64,000 nt of DNA from Felis catus (Eukaryota), in assembly GCF_018350175.1 (NCBI RefSeq), contig NC_058369.1, positions 10,976,001-11,040,000 of the forward strand, written 5' to 3'. Each line of letters starts with the position of its first letter. Position 1 is the first letter of the stretch. Under the pieces are notes generated by a model that saw nothing but the letters and a program-made list of their open reading frames with translations, ran no database searches and was not told where the DNA came from. The position numbers were made by a program, and so were the translations under genes. Below, piece by piece: positions 26,871 to 38,360 of the stretch.

Positions 26871-27149
26871 AAAAGTCTTTTTCGGGGTTATATTTGAGGC
26901 CAACTCAGGGGTCTCTCGGATTAAGGAATCAAACACAGACTTTATTTCAGACTTTAGAGTGAGTCCTTAGACTTTTCCTTCAAAACCATACATGAAGAGG
27001 ATCATGTGGCTCATTTATTAAAATTACTTCAAAGCTATAAATGATAAAGTAAATCCTCAATTCAATGAATTCAAAATCAGCTCAAGGTGAAGGTAAAGTG
27101 TAAGCTGGTTAGATCTCTGGAAGGCAGGCAAGTTCATGAGAGCGAGTAA

Positions 27150-27560
27150 TACAAAACTGGATTCACCTGACTTCTAATCTGATCTCCCAAGAACAGAGTA
27201 TCAACAGGAAACTTTTCCTTTCTGTCCACTCCAGTGGCCCATGGGGAAATGATGTGCTCCCAGGTGATAGTAACAATGGCAACAGTGTCTAATGAGCAGA
27301 CATAGGGAGCTATAAATATCTCCTCCACTGCAGAACCTCAGCATGTGAAACCTTGGATTGGCCAGAACATGGTTGTTGGTTTGGGGCTCCCAAGTCTGGG
27401 GGAGAAGGGACTAATGCTTCACTCCTTCCTGCTGTCCTGTCTGGGAACAGAGCTTTGGTCTCCATGATCAACCATCCATGGAGGAATCTGGACCTCCACA
27501 TGGAGACTTTCATCTTATAGCTCCCTCCAGGTGAGTCTGAGAGCTCAGCAAGTATTTCCG
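27150..27560 (+). promoter_or_regulatory. Probable promoter plus non-coding exon 1 of the 31375 OR gene
   Basis: O/E-like CCCATGGGGA (27238-27247) and TCCCAGGTGA; TAATGAG 27290-27296; TATAAATA 27311-27318; consensus donor CAG|GTGAGT at 27530/27531. Confidence 0.7.
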
Positions 27561-27586
27561 GAAAGGTTCTAGAAAATGGAACCTGA

Positions 27587-27820
27587 GGGGCGCCTGGGTG
27601 GCGCAGTCGGTTAAGTGTCCGACTTCAGCCAGGTCACGATCTTGCGGTCCGTGAGTTCAAGCCCCGCGTCGGGCTCTGGGCTGATGGCTCAGAGCCTGGA
27701 GCCTGTTTCCGATTCTGTGTCTCCCTCTCTCTCTGCCCCTCCCCCGTTCATGCTCTGTCTCTCTCTGTCCCAAAAAGAAATAAATGTTGAAAAAAAAAAA
27801 TTAAAAAAAAAAAAAAAAAA
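27587..27820 (+). mobile_element. Young SINEC_Fc-type SINE
   Basis: Near-consensus, CpG-rich, long A tail; perfect TSD AGAAAATGGAACCTGA (27571-27586 / 27820-27835). Confidence 0.95.
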
Positions 27821-29769
27821 GAAAATGGAACCTGAGCTCTTTTACCTGAGGTCCCCTGAGACCAGGAAAACTCACTTATAATTAATTTATGTAATATGTC
27901 CAAAAGAGAAGCATCCATTGGACTCAGCAATACAGGGATCATTGTTGACAATGAGTGATGGGAACAGAAGTCCAGTTGGATGAAACTGAGGAAGGAATGG
28001 GGGGAGGGGTATAAAATGGTTCCAGTGAAATTAGAACATATCCAAGGAGTTTTGCAGCTAAGGGGAGTAGGAAAACAGAGTATTAGGCTTAAAGGCATGT
28101 GCCCTGAGCTTTTTAAGGAATGGTGGTTTTGAGCACGTTCTGTATTTATAGAAAGACCCAGAGCCGTGGAGGTAGCTGTTTCCTTGCAACAGCACTTCTT
28201 GAGACACGCATTTCTCAGCATCATCTTTTGCATCAAATATTCACATATTAAATTATATTTAATATGCAAAAGGGGGTATGCTAACAAGCTTTACTTTGTG
28301 ATTCTTCATTACCGAGAGATGTGGAAACCAGGAAGACATTTGTTCAAGGTAGAAGAAAAAACTCAGCCAATCTCTTCACCAGTGGCGATCATTCATTTAC
28401 TAACGAGAAGGAAGTATTGTTAAGTTTTTTACATACACTGACTAACGCTGTCTACCACCTTAGGAGGATGGACAGTGCTATCCCCACTATTTGAGTAAGG
28501 ATCTTCACATCTGGAATGGATTCATTGTCTTTCCCAAGTTCAAACAGCTTATATGTGGTAGGTCTAACATTCAAAACCTGGTTTTCTGATTCCAAAAGTT
28601 TTGCACTTAAGATCATTGGGAAAACTCTTTTGTTATTGCATTTTGAAAAATCCCCTTTGGTTGTTATACATTGTATAATTTCTTTTGTCATACTTAGGTT
28701 TATTCCCTTTGCACATTTTTCTAGAGGAATATTCAATCATAAAAATAGTAAAAAAAAAAAATACCACCCATTTCTTGTTAAGACACACTGGTTTTTTTTT
28801 CCAGCTTTGTTAATTATTCTTGGCATCAAGGGTATATAACTGGGGCTGGAATGCTGCCAGAATCAGGGAAGCTTTCTCCTCATCACAGTCTCTCAGGGAC
28901 AATTGGAGCTTATTAGATCTTTTTTTCCCCGGTGTCCATTTCTTTCCTCCCTGTGATTTTGGAACTGCTTCCTTATGTTTCTTTAAATACAGGACACATG
29001 ATTATATTAAAATGAAGCCTGATGTTTACATGTCCATGGGAAGCTTACTAACTAGAATTTAGGTATTATTTATGCATTCTTTAGGGTAAAGGTAATCTTA
29101 TGTTGAGTTTGCCATGTATCATTTCTTTTAAAATTATGATGGCTGGGGGTGAGAAAGCATGATAGTAATGCAGTGCCCGAAGGCCATAGTGCACTCTGTA
29201 TTTTTGTGTGTTCGTGTGTGTGCAGTGTGTGTTGTGGGGTACAAGCAGTCCTCAGGGCAATGAGTTCATATACTTCAATATGTGACCCTTAAATGCCAGG
29301 ATTTAAGCATAGACGGAAATAAGGAAGGGATCTATCTCAATTCACAGAATACCTTAGAACAAAACTAATAAAATGCCAAGCACACCATGGAAGGAAGGAC
29401 TCCCTGTGTCTTGAAGTTTCAACAGTGGTGGGAGAGCCACCTTGCCCCTCAGTATTTTCTGCCAACACCTCTCATCCCTATTCATTCCCTCCCCATGCTG
29501 ACTTCATTGTGAGATTTGAATATCTGGACTAAACGCCTTCTCCAGGGTCTTGGCTCTGTTTTTCCCGCAGGGCACACGCTTCCCCCAATATCCTCCTGCC
29601 TCCTGCTAAATCTTTCTGGAAGCCTCTGTTAAAGTGTCACCTTCTTTGCAGTCTTCCTAAACACCTGTTTAAAAAAAGAGCCCTCCCCATCCACTCCTTT
29701 TTATGCCTTTTTTTCCTTCACAGCACCTGTCACCATCTGACATGGGGCTGTATGGACTTGGATTGTATG

Positions 29770-30171
29770 GATTTTTCTTTTTTTTTCTCCAAGTTCTTAT
29801 TCAAATTCCAGCTAGTTAACATACAGTGTAATACTAGTTTGAGGTGTAGAATTTAGTGATTCAACACTTACGTACACTTACATACCTGCTCATCACAGGT
29901 GCCCTCCTTAGTCCTCATCCCCTATTTAACCCATCCCCCCACCCCTCCAGCAACACTCAGTTTGTTCTCTAGAGTTAAGAGTCTGTTTCTTGGTTTGCCT
30001 CTCTCCCCCCCATGTTCATTTAGTTTATTTCATAAATTCCACATATCAATGAAATCATATGGTATTTGTCTTTCTCTGACTTATTTTGTTCAGCATAATA
30101 CTCTCTAGCTCCATCCACATCATTGCAAATGGCAAGATTTCATTCTTTTCCTTCTTTTTTATGGCTGAGTA

Positions 30172-30203
<32 letters not shown>

Positions 30204-30243
30204 CACATCTTCCTTATCCATTCATCAGTCAATGGATATTTGG
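29770..30243 (-). mobile_element. L1 3' end with (GT)n
   Basis: T-tail and L1 3' UTR motifs on the minus strand. Confidence 0.85.
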
Positions 30244-31292
30244 CCAAAAAACAAATAATCTAGTTTAAAAATGGGCAGAGGACATAAATAGACATTTTTG
30301 CAAAGAAGACATCCAGATGGCTAACAGACACAAGAAAAGATGCTCAACATCACTCATCATCAGGAAAATGCAAATCAAAACTACAATAAGATATCACTTT
30401 ACCTCTGTCAGAATGGCTAAACTTAACACAGGAAACAGCAGATGTTGGTGGGGATGTAGAGAAAGGGGAACCCTTTCACACTGTTGGTGGGAAGGCAAAC
30501 TGGTGCAGTCCTGTGGAAAACAGTATGAAGATTCCTCAAAAAGTTAAAAAAAAAAAAAAAAAGAACTACCCTATGGCCCAGCAGTCACACTCCTAGGTAT
30601 TTACCTAAAGAATACAAAAATAAAAATTCAAAGGGATACATGCACCCAGATGTTTATAGCAGCATTATTTACAAATTATGGAAATAGCCCAAATGTCCAT
30701 TGGCTGATGAATAGATAAAGAAGCTGTGGTATATATATACAATGGAATACAGCCATCAAGAAGAATGAAAACTTGCCCATTTGCAATGACATGGATGGAA
30801 CTAGGATGTATTATGCTAAGTGAGATGTCAGTCAGAAAAAAACAAATACCATATGATTTCACTCGTATGTGGAATTTAAGAAACAAAACAAATGAGCAAA
30901 GGTGAAAATGGGAGAGAGATACAAATCAAGAAACACACTCTTTTATAGAGAACAAACTTACCAGAGGGGAGGTAGGGGTGTGTGGGTAAAATAGTTGATG
31001 GGGGTAATTAAGGAGCACCCTCTTGATGTATAGAGCACTAGGTGATGTATAGAAGTGTTGAATCACTGTATTGTACACCTGAAACTAATATTACACTGTA
31101 TGTTAACTAACTGGAATTTATCTTTGTTTTTGTTTTTTTACTTTTTTATTTTTATTTTCTTTTTTTTAATCTGAAATTTATTGTCAAGTTGGTTTCCATA
31201 CAACACCCAGTGCTCATCCCAACCGGTGCCCTCCTCAATGCCCATCACCCACTGGAATTTAAATAAAAACTTTAAAAAATAAAAAAGAAATA
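30244..31292 (+). mobile_element. L1 3' end containing a nested minus-strand L1 tail (31121-31250)
   Basis: ORF2 C-terminus ([11 protein letters not shown]) and 3' UTR; nested piece flanked by TSD ACTGGAATTTA (31110-31120 / 31251-31261). Confidence 0.88.
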
Positions 31293-31374
31293 AAGGGCAA
31301 TAAGTTAACAAAACCTATTTGCTTGAAAATTAATCACGTTATTTTTTTTCTTCCCTAGTAGTCAACTCCACCAC

Positions 31375-32307
31375 ATGGAACTAAGCAATGATACACAAAT
31401 TTCAGAGTTTCTTCTTCTGGGATTTTCAGAGGAACCAGAACTGCAGCCCCTCATATTTGGGCTTTTCCTCTCCGTGTACCTGATCACTGTGTTTGGAAAC
31501 CTGCTCATCATCCTGGCCATCAGTTCTGACTCCCACCTCCACACCCCCATGTACTTCTTCCTGGCCAACCTGTCCTTTGTAGACTTCTGCTTCACCTCCA
31601 CCACCGTCCCGAAGATGCTTCTGAACATCCAGACTCAGAGCAAGGTCATAACCTATGCAGGCTGCATCAGCCAGATGTATTTTTTCATACTCTGTGCAGA
31701 GTTGGATGACCTTATCCTGTCTGCAATGGCCTATGACCGATTTGTGGCCATCTGTCACCCCCTGCAATACACCATCATCATGAGCCCCCAGCTCTGTGGA
31801 TTGCTTGTTCTGGTATCCTGGATCATCAGTGTTCTGAACTCACTGTTACAAACCTTAATGGTGCTGCCACTGTCCTTCTGCACAGGCATGGAAGTCCCCC
31901 ATTTTTTTTGTGAACTCAATCAGGTCCTCAGGCTTGCCTGTTCTGAGACCTTTCTTAATGACACGGTGATGTATTTTGCAACTGTGCTCCTCGGTGGTGC
32001 TCCCTTGGCTGGGATCCTTTACTCTTACTCTAAGATAGTCTCCTCCATACGTGGGATCTCATCAGCTCAGGGCAAGTATAAGGCATTTTCCACCTGTGCA
32101 TCTCACCTCTCAGTTGTCTCCTTATTTTGTTGTACAGGCCTCGGAGTGTACCTTAGCTCTGTTGCTACCCAGAGTTCCCACTCAAGTACAACAGCCTCGG
32201 TGATGTACACGGTGGTCACGCCCATGCTGAACCCCTTCATCTACAGCCTGAGGAACAGAGACATAAAGAGGGCTCTGAAAAGAATCGTTGGGATTCCAGT
32301 GATGTAA
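31375..32307 (+). CDS. Olfactory receptor, OR7A-like (OR7A17/7A5/7A10 group), 310 aa, intact
   Basis: [55 protein letters not shown] acceptor at 31356-31361. Confidence 0.95.
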   Translation: MELSNDTQISEFLLLGFSEEPELQPLIFGLFLSVYLITVFGNLLIILAISSDSHLHTPMYFFLANLSFVDFCFTSTTVPKMLLNIQTQSKVITYAGCISQMYFFILCAELDDLILSAMAYDRFVAICHPLQYTIIMSPQLCGLLVLVSWIISVLNSLLQTLMVLPLSFCTGMEVPHFFCELNQVLRLACSETFLNDTVMYFATVLLGGAPLAGILYSYSKIVSSIRGISSAQGKYKAFSTCASHLSVVSLFCCTGLGVYLSSVATQSSHSSTTASVMYTVVTPMLNPFIYSLRNRDIKRALKRIVGIPVM

Positions 32308-33809
32308 GGACCAATCTTCCTGGGGCTAAAGATGTGCCCATGATTGCAGGGCTCAAAGCCTCAGAGCCAGGAATTGTTATCCCTTGATAAGATTGTGGAA
32401 GTAGAATGTGCTCCTCCTGTTTATTTCCTGGCATTTCCATTTATTTGAATTCAGCTTCTCCATACAATTTAAATAACCCATTTTATTAAGCTTCTGCTCT
32501 GTCTGACATACAGTTTCCTCTTTGTCCAATCCCTACTTTTTCAAAGTTTTTTCTAGCCTTGACCAAAAATATTTGTAAATTCCCATTTATGTCATGGGGT
32601 AACATGGATTTCTGAAGAATAATTTCTACTCAAACAACATATACCATCCCAAGTAATTTTTCTCCTGTTTTACTAAAAGGATGGTCGTGAGTTATATTAT
32701 TCATAGAGAAAAAAACTACTTTTGATAACCAAGGCTATTTGTATAATTTTATAATACAGGAAAGTATGAGACTGCAGTTTTTCACTTGTGCACATTAAGA
32801 TTTTGTACATCACTGTCTTGACTTGTCATTCTGACAACGTAGACTAACTTATAGTTCATCTTATAGTAAGCCATTGGGTTCCATTCTCCTTATTATAATC
32901 ATGTGGTCCTATGCAGGTGTATGCTACCACAGTGATTGACAAATATTACCAAATACACGTCTCCCTGTGGCATCTACACAGAAACATATATTTCAATAAA
33001 TAAACTTCATATGGTCTTTGATCCAGGGAAGATCTTACATATAATGAAGAAAAATTGAAATTATACTTTGTATTACTGAGCAAAATATTTCATTTCATAC
33101 AGCCCGTCTACCTGTTGAAGTATGGAGTTTGGTGTCCTTGTACGAGACTTGGGTTTTTTCCACTGGAGTGAGTAACTGGTTGGCATATTTATGGTGTTTT
33201 TACTGAATCACCTTGCTCTTTCTGCTACATACAAATAGGACTCTTTCCACTGCTCTGAATGAAATATCTCCTCTTTTCTAAATTTTGCCATAACCATGAA
33301 ATGGGCTTCTGGTTGAACGATAATCGATATCATCCATTATACATCAGACATATATATCCGCATGATCAAAAGATGACTCATTAAAGAGATTGAATTCCTG
33401 TCCAGCCATATGATTCAGGTCACAACTTTGGTGCAAAGAGATATGCCCTTCCAACCTCTCTTGGTTAACCTGGATGGAACCCTAATAAAGTCTCTTTTTA
33501 ATCAGGTCATTGAAAGAAGTTTTAATAGCAGAGTGCTAATGAATTCTGTCCCCAAATATCAGCACAAATACCTAGAATGGGAAGATGTAGATTATTATAA
33601 TTTCTCTCAGTTCTGGTGGCTTTTATAATTATATACCTGTTTGCTAGGATACAAGCAATTGTATCAAGCCATTGTGAAACAAGCCATTCTTGAAAACACG
33701 TGTTTTACTATAATGCCTTTATAATTGGCAGTAATATGGGATTGTCTTGTGGGGAGTTGTTCTGATCTATTCTGAACTGCTTAACAGTTTCTACATTGCA
33801 TTTATTTCT

Positions 33810-34023
33810 CTTTTTTTTATAAAAATAAATTTCTTTTTATTTTAGAGAGAGAGAAACCATGCAAGCAGGGGAGAGGGGCAGAGGGAGAGAGAGAGAGAAT
33901 TCCAAGCAAACTCCATGATTAGCATGAAGCCCAATGTGGGGCTTGATCCCATTACCCTGGGATCACAACCTGAACAGAAATCAAGCATCAGATGCTCAAC
34001 CAACTGAGCCACCCAGGAGCCCC
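33810..34023 (-). mobile_element. Can-SINE
   Basis: Typical body; TCTACATT-based TSD. Confidence 0.87.
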
Positions 34024-34369
34024 TCTACATTATATTTCTAAAGATCATCCACAAAGGTGTGTGGAGCTGTAGTTCACTTCCTTCTTCAACTAATACATGA
34101 TATTTACTCCATTTGTATATGTAGGTTAATCTTATCGTTTACAGAAAAAATTGTTTATCAAATGTAAATTGCCTTAATTTAATTTTGCTACTTCTATATC
34201 CATATATGACACTCTGCCTTCTTCCCAGTTATAAGACATTTGTCCCACCTGTCAGGTGGGACTCAGCTACATGTACTCTTGATCCAATGTGTGTCACATA
34301 CCATTAGAATTTTAAATCCTAACTAATTTATTGGAATATAATTACATACCATAAACTACACATATTTTA

Positions 34370-34594
34370 ATTTTTTTAATGTTTATTGTTTTAAAAGGAA
34401 AGAGAATGCAAGCAGGGAGCAAAGGGCGGAGGGGACAGAGAGAGAGAGAGAGGGAGAGAGACAGAGAGAATTTTAAGCAGGCTCCACATTCAGCATAAAG
34501 CCCAGCATGGGGCTTGATCCCACAATCCTGGGATCATGACCCAAGCAGAAATCAAGAGTCAGAGGCCCAACCAACTGAGCCATCCAGGTGCCCC
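34370..34594 (-). mobile_element. Can-SINE
   Basis: TSD TACACATATTTT. Confidence 0.88.
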
Positions 34595-35064
34595 TAAAAT
34601 ACACATATTTTAAATGTACAATTTGCTAAGTTAAAGGAGCCATACTTGAATTAAGAGTGCATATTGCATGGGTCAATTTGTAAGAACTTGGGAAGATGCA
34701 CAGTAAGCTTCATCTGCATTTTTATGTTATTATTAAAAATGCAATTCATCTGAAGGTCAATTTCTGAAGGTAACGTGGAACTCGAAATGAATGTTGTGGG
34801 ACTAAATAAAGTGTTGGATACATCAGGTCAACTCCAAAGAAAACATTTAAGAGTGAAGAGGTTGTGTATGTACATGAGTGTGTGCACACGCATACATCTT
34901 TCAAATAAACACACTCACCCACATACGTGCACATATACACAGACTCATTTATAAGCCCACCTAGTATGTTGAAAGGAAACTTGAGAGAAAGTTGCAGAAT
35001 ATTGAAATGAAAAGGAATGTTTACATCAATGTGAAATTGAAAGAATGTAGTATTTTGTACACAA

Positions 35065-35262
35065 AAAATTATTTAGTTATTTTTAAAGTTTATTTAGAGA
35101 GAGAGGGAGGGGCAGAGAAAAAGGGAGAGAGAGAATCCCAAGCAGACCCTCTGCTGTCAGTGTGGAGCCCAACATGGGGCTCGGTCCCACAAACCGTGAG
35201 ATCATGAGCTGAGCCAAAATCAAGAGTCGGACGCTTAACTCACTGAGCCACCCAGGACCCCC
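35065..35262 (-). mobile_element. Can-SINE
   Basis: Typical body. Confidence 0.85.
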
Positions 35263-35324
35263 TGGACACAAAGTTTTAAAGTAGCATGAGTGACTTAATT
35301 TAAAAAAAAAACTTGGGGTGATTT

Positions 35325-35543
35325 ATTTTTTTTAATTTTTTTAACATTTACTTATTATTGAGAGACAGAGACAGAGCATGAGCATGGGAGGGGCAGAGAG
35401 AGAAGGAGACACAGAATCCAAGGCAGGCTCCAGGCTCTGAGCTGTCAGCACAGAGCCTGACTCAGGGCTTGAACTCACAAACCGTGAGATCATGACCTCA
35501 GCTGAAGTCCAACGCTTAACCGACTAAGCCACCCAGGCACCCC
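35325..35543 (-). mobile_element. Can-SINE
   Basis: Typical body and T tail. Confidence 0.88.
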
Positions 35544-35784
35544 TTGGGTAATTATTTTTAAATAATGAATTACTCTTCCTATCTTAATGCCACAAAGACC
35601 TCAAAATCAGAACAATATTTACATTTATGCAGTGGACCAAATACTTCCAAATGAACTCTATGTCTCTACTCAATGTGGGATTTCAACACTTGATACCTTG
35701 GCCCAAGGAAAGTTAACTGAATGATTTGAGAAGCTCAAACGCAGTTCCTGTGAACAATATCTTATTGGATAAATATCTGGATTA

Positions 35785-36500
35785 GATTCCTTTTGCTGTT
35801 GTCATACTAATGTCTCAAGACAAATAATTCTCTGAAAGTTCTAGAGATCAGAAGCATGAAAGGGATCTCACTGGGCTACAATAACGATGTCCATGGGTGG
35901 CGATCTTCATGGATGCTCCAGAGGAGAACAGCCCCTTTCCCTGCTCCACAGTCTACGGGGCCCACAATTCTTACCTCACAGCCTTTCCTCCATCTTGGAA
36001 ACCAACAGAACAATATTTTCCAATGTCTCTCTGACTCCATGTTTCTTCCTTTTCTTCCACATTTAGAGGACCGTTGTGATTACATCAGTCTAGTGTGGAT
36101 AATCCAAGCTTATCTTCTTCCTTTTTTTTTAAGCTTCTTTATTTTTAAGTTTATTTCTTTATCTTGAAAGAGAGGGAGAGACAGAGAGTGCAGTGTGGGG
36201 GGTGGGGGCAGAGAGAGAGGGAAAGAGAGAATCCCAAGCAGGCTGCACAATGTCAGCAAGAAGTCTGATGCAGGGCTCAGTCTTACAGTTCATGAGATTG
36301 TGACCTGAGCCAAAACCAAGAGTCAGACACTTAACCAGCCTAGCCACCCAGGCGCCCCCAACCAGGCTGATCTTCTTATCCTCAGATAATGATTCAGAGC
36401 TTTACTCCATCTGCTATCTTAATTACCCTGCCACGTAAGCTAACATTTTCAAACGTTCTTCAAGATGAATCTTTTGGAGGCCCTTATTCCACCTACCACA
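35785..36500 (-). mobile_element. MLT1-like LTR remnant (paralogous copy) split by a SINE at ~36120-36359
   Basis: CCACATTTAGAGGACC..GTGATTACA..GATAATCCAAG shared with the ~26680 and ~49070 copies. Confidence 0.65.
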
Positions 36501-36809
36501 AAATCTTCCTTTTCATATATTATTTAATATCCCTCAAGAGCCCTTCTATTTAAAAACTCAAGCGTAGAATCTTTCACCGCCCAAAGAGTGAGTGAAATAC
36601 TACTCTTTCAAAAATACGTGCAAGGAAGATAGATTCCTGGTGGATAAGACCTAGAAGCACCTACACGTGGATCTCACACAGGACATCAGCTTCGCTCCCT
36701 AACTGTGACCCATAGACCAGGATCCCCAGCGTCAATACCACCCACCCAGGAGCTTGTTAGAAATGCAGAGTCCCTGGGCCCACTAGAGGCCTGATGAATC
36801 AGAATTGGC

Positions 36810-37252
36810 TTCTTTTCTTTTTTAATTTTTTTAATGTGTATTTTTGAGAGACAGAGACAGAGACAGAGACAGAGGGCGAGCAGGGGAAGGGTAGAGAGAG
36901 AGGGAGACACAGAACCCGAAGGAGGCTCCAGGCTCTGAGATGTCAGCGCAGAGCCCCTCTCAGGGCTTGAACTCACGAACCGCGAGATCGTGACCTGAGC
37001 CGAAGTAGGATGCTCAACCGTCTGAACAACCCAGGCACCCCTGGAATTTGTTTTTTAATTTTTTTTTCAGACACAGAGAGTGCATGGGGGCGGGGGGAGA
37101 GGGGCAGAGATAGGAAGAGAGAGAATCCCAAGCAAGATCCATGCTGTCAGCACAGAGCCCGTCACAGGGCTCCATACCACGAACCGTGAGACCATGACCT
37201 GAGCTGAAATCAGGAGTCAGACACTTAACCGACTGAGCCCTCAGGCACCCCC
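36810..37252 (-). mobile_element. Two tandem Can-SINEs inside a MER5A/MER20 block (36690-37385)
   Basis: SINE bodies at 36810-37042 and 37045-37252; MER5A-like GGAGCTTGTTAGAAATGCAGA before, MER20-like GGTTGAGAACCACTG after. Confidence 0.85.
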
Positions 37253-37964
37253 AAAATTTGCAGTTTTGACTGCTGGATAAATTACTTTTGTTGGGTGCTG
37301 TCCTGTGGGTTGAGGAGTTTGAGAGCATCCCTTCAGACATGGCCAAATATCCCAGGGCGAAGTCATCTCTGGTTGAGAACCACTGGGCCAGAATTTCAGA
37401 ACTGAAAGCACCCTAACATAATTCTCATCAAAACCCCATTCCCTACTTGCTTTATACATTAAAGCAGCACATTAAATCTCTCTGAGCCTGATTTCTACAA
37501 CCGAGAATGGTGTTCCTAAAAGTATAGCCTCACAGAAAGCACATTTAAAAAAAAAAATTGACACTCCCTATAATGTGCTAAGTAAGCTAGGTTATGGTGC
37601 AGGAAATGTAAATGTGTCTCTTATAATTAATAAACACTTTAGGGTGAGGGACTAAATAGCAGTTCTTAACCTGTGATCTATGAAATTCCTAATTGTTTTG
37701 GCTAAACTATCATGAAGCCAAGGAGTGTAGTACCCAAGGTTATACACTAAAGGAACAAATTTCTCCCCCTTCTTGAAGAAGGAAATAGTAATTTTCTAAA
37801 GATATCAAGGGTGTGCCTCTACCACAGATCAATGCATTGAAGACCTAAGGGAAGTAGTCTGATGAATTCCTCTGTGTTAGATTTTCGAGAAAACTTGAAG
37901 CCAGGGTTGTAATGAGGTGCTGGGAGGTTTAGACCTCCGGAAACAGGAAAACTAATGGGACAAT

Positions 37965-38360
37965 GTAATAAAAACTGAATTCACCTGGCATGCAATGTAG
38001 TCTCCTAGGAACAGAGAATCTGCCAGAAATATTTCCGTTGTGTCCAGACCAGTATCCCTAGGAGACATCATGCACTTAAAGGTTGGAGCACCAAGAGATA
38101 AAAATGTGTCGTGAGCACATGCGGGGAGCTGTTAATATCTCTTCTGCTGCAGAACCTCAGCATGTGCGTTTTCACTGGACAGAACATGGTTGTTGCTCTT
38201 GGAGTCCTAAATCTGGCCAGGAGACCAATGCTCGATGCCTCCCTGGTGACTTGTCTGGGGACTGAGTTTGATGTCCATCGTCAACTATCCAGGGAGGAAT
38301 TTTGACTTCCAAAGGGAGAACTTGCCTTGTGAGTTCACGTGCAGGTGAGTTCAAGAGCCC
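37965..38360 (+). promoter_or_regulatory. Probable promoter plus non-coding exon 1 of the 44446 OR gene
   Basis: Paralogous block. O/E-like TCCCTAGGAGA (38055-38065) and TCTCCTAGGAA (38001-38011); donor CAG|GTGAGT at 38344/38345; HD and TATA positions are degenerate. Confidence 0.62.

Noticed and set aside
27748..28287. 179-aa minus-strand ORF
   Set aside because: Runs into a SINE tail and low-complexity sequence; not preserved in the paralogous intron copies.
31362..31628. Recurrent antisense ORF family (..[22 protein letters not shown]..) at 7117, 17764, 31362, 44433 and 62152
   Set aside because: Mirror-frame shadows of the conserved OR TM1-TM2 codons; no independent evidence of coding.
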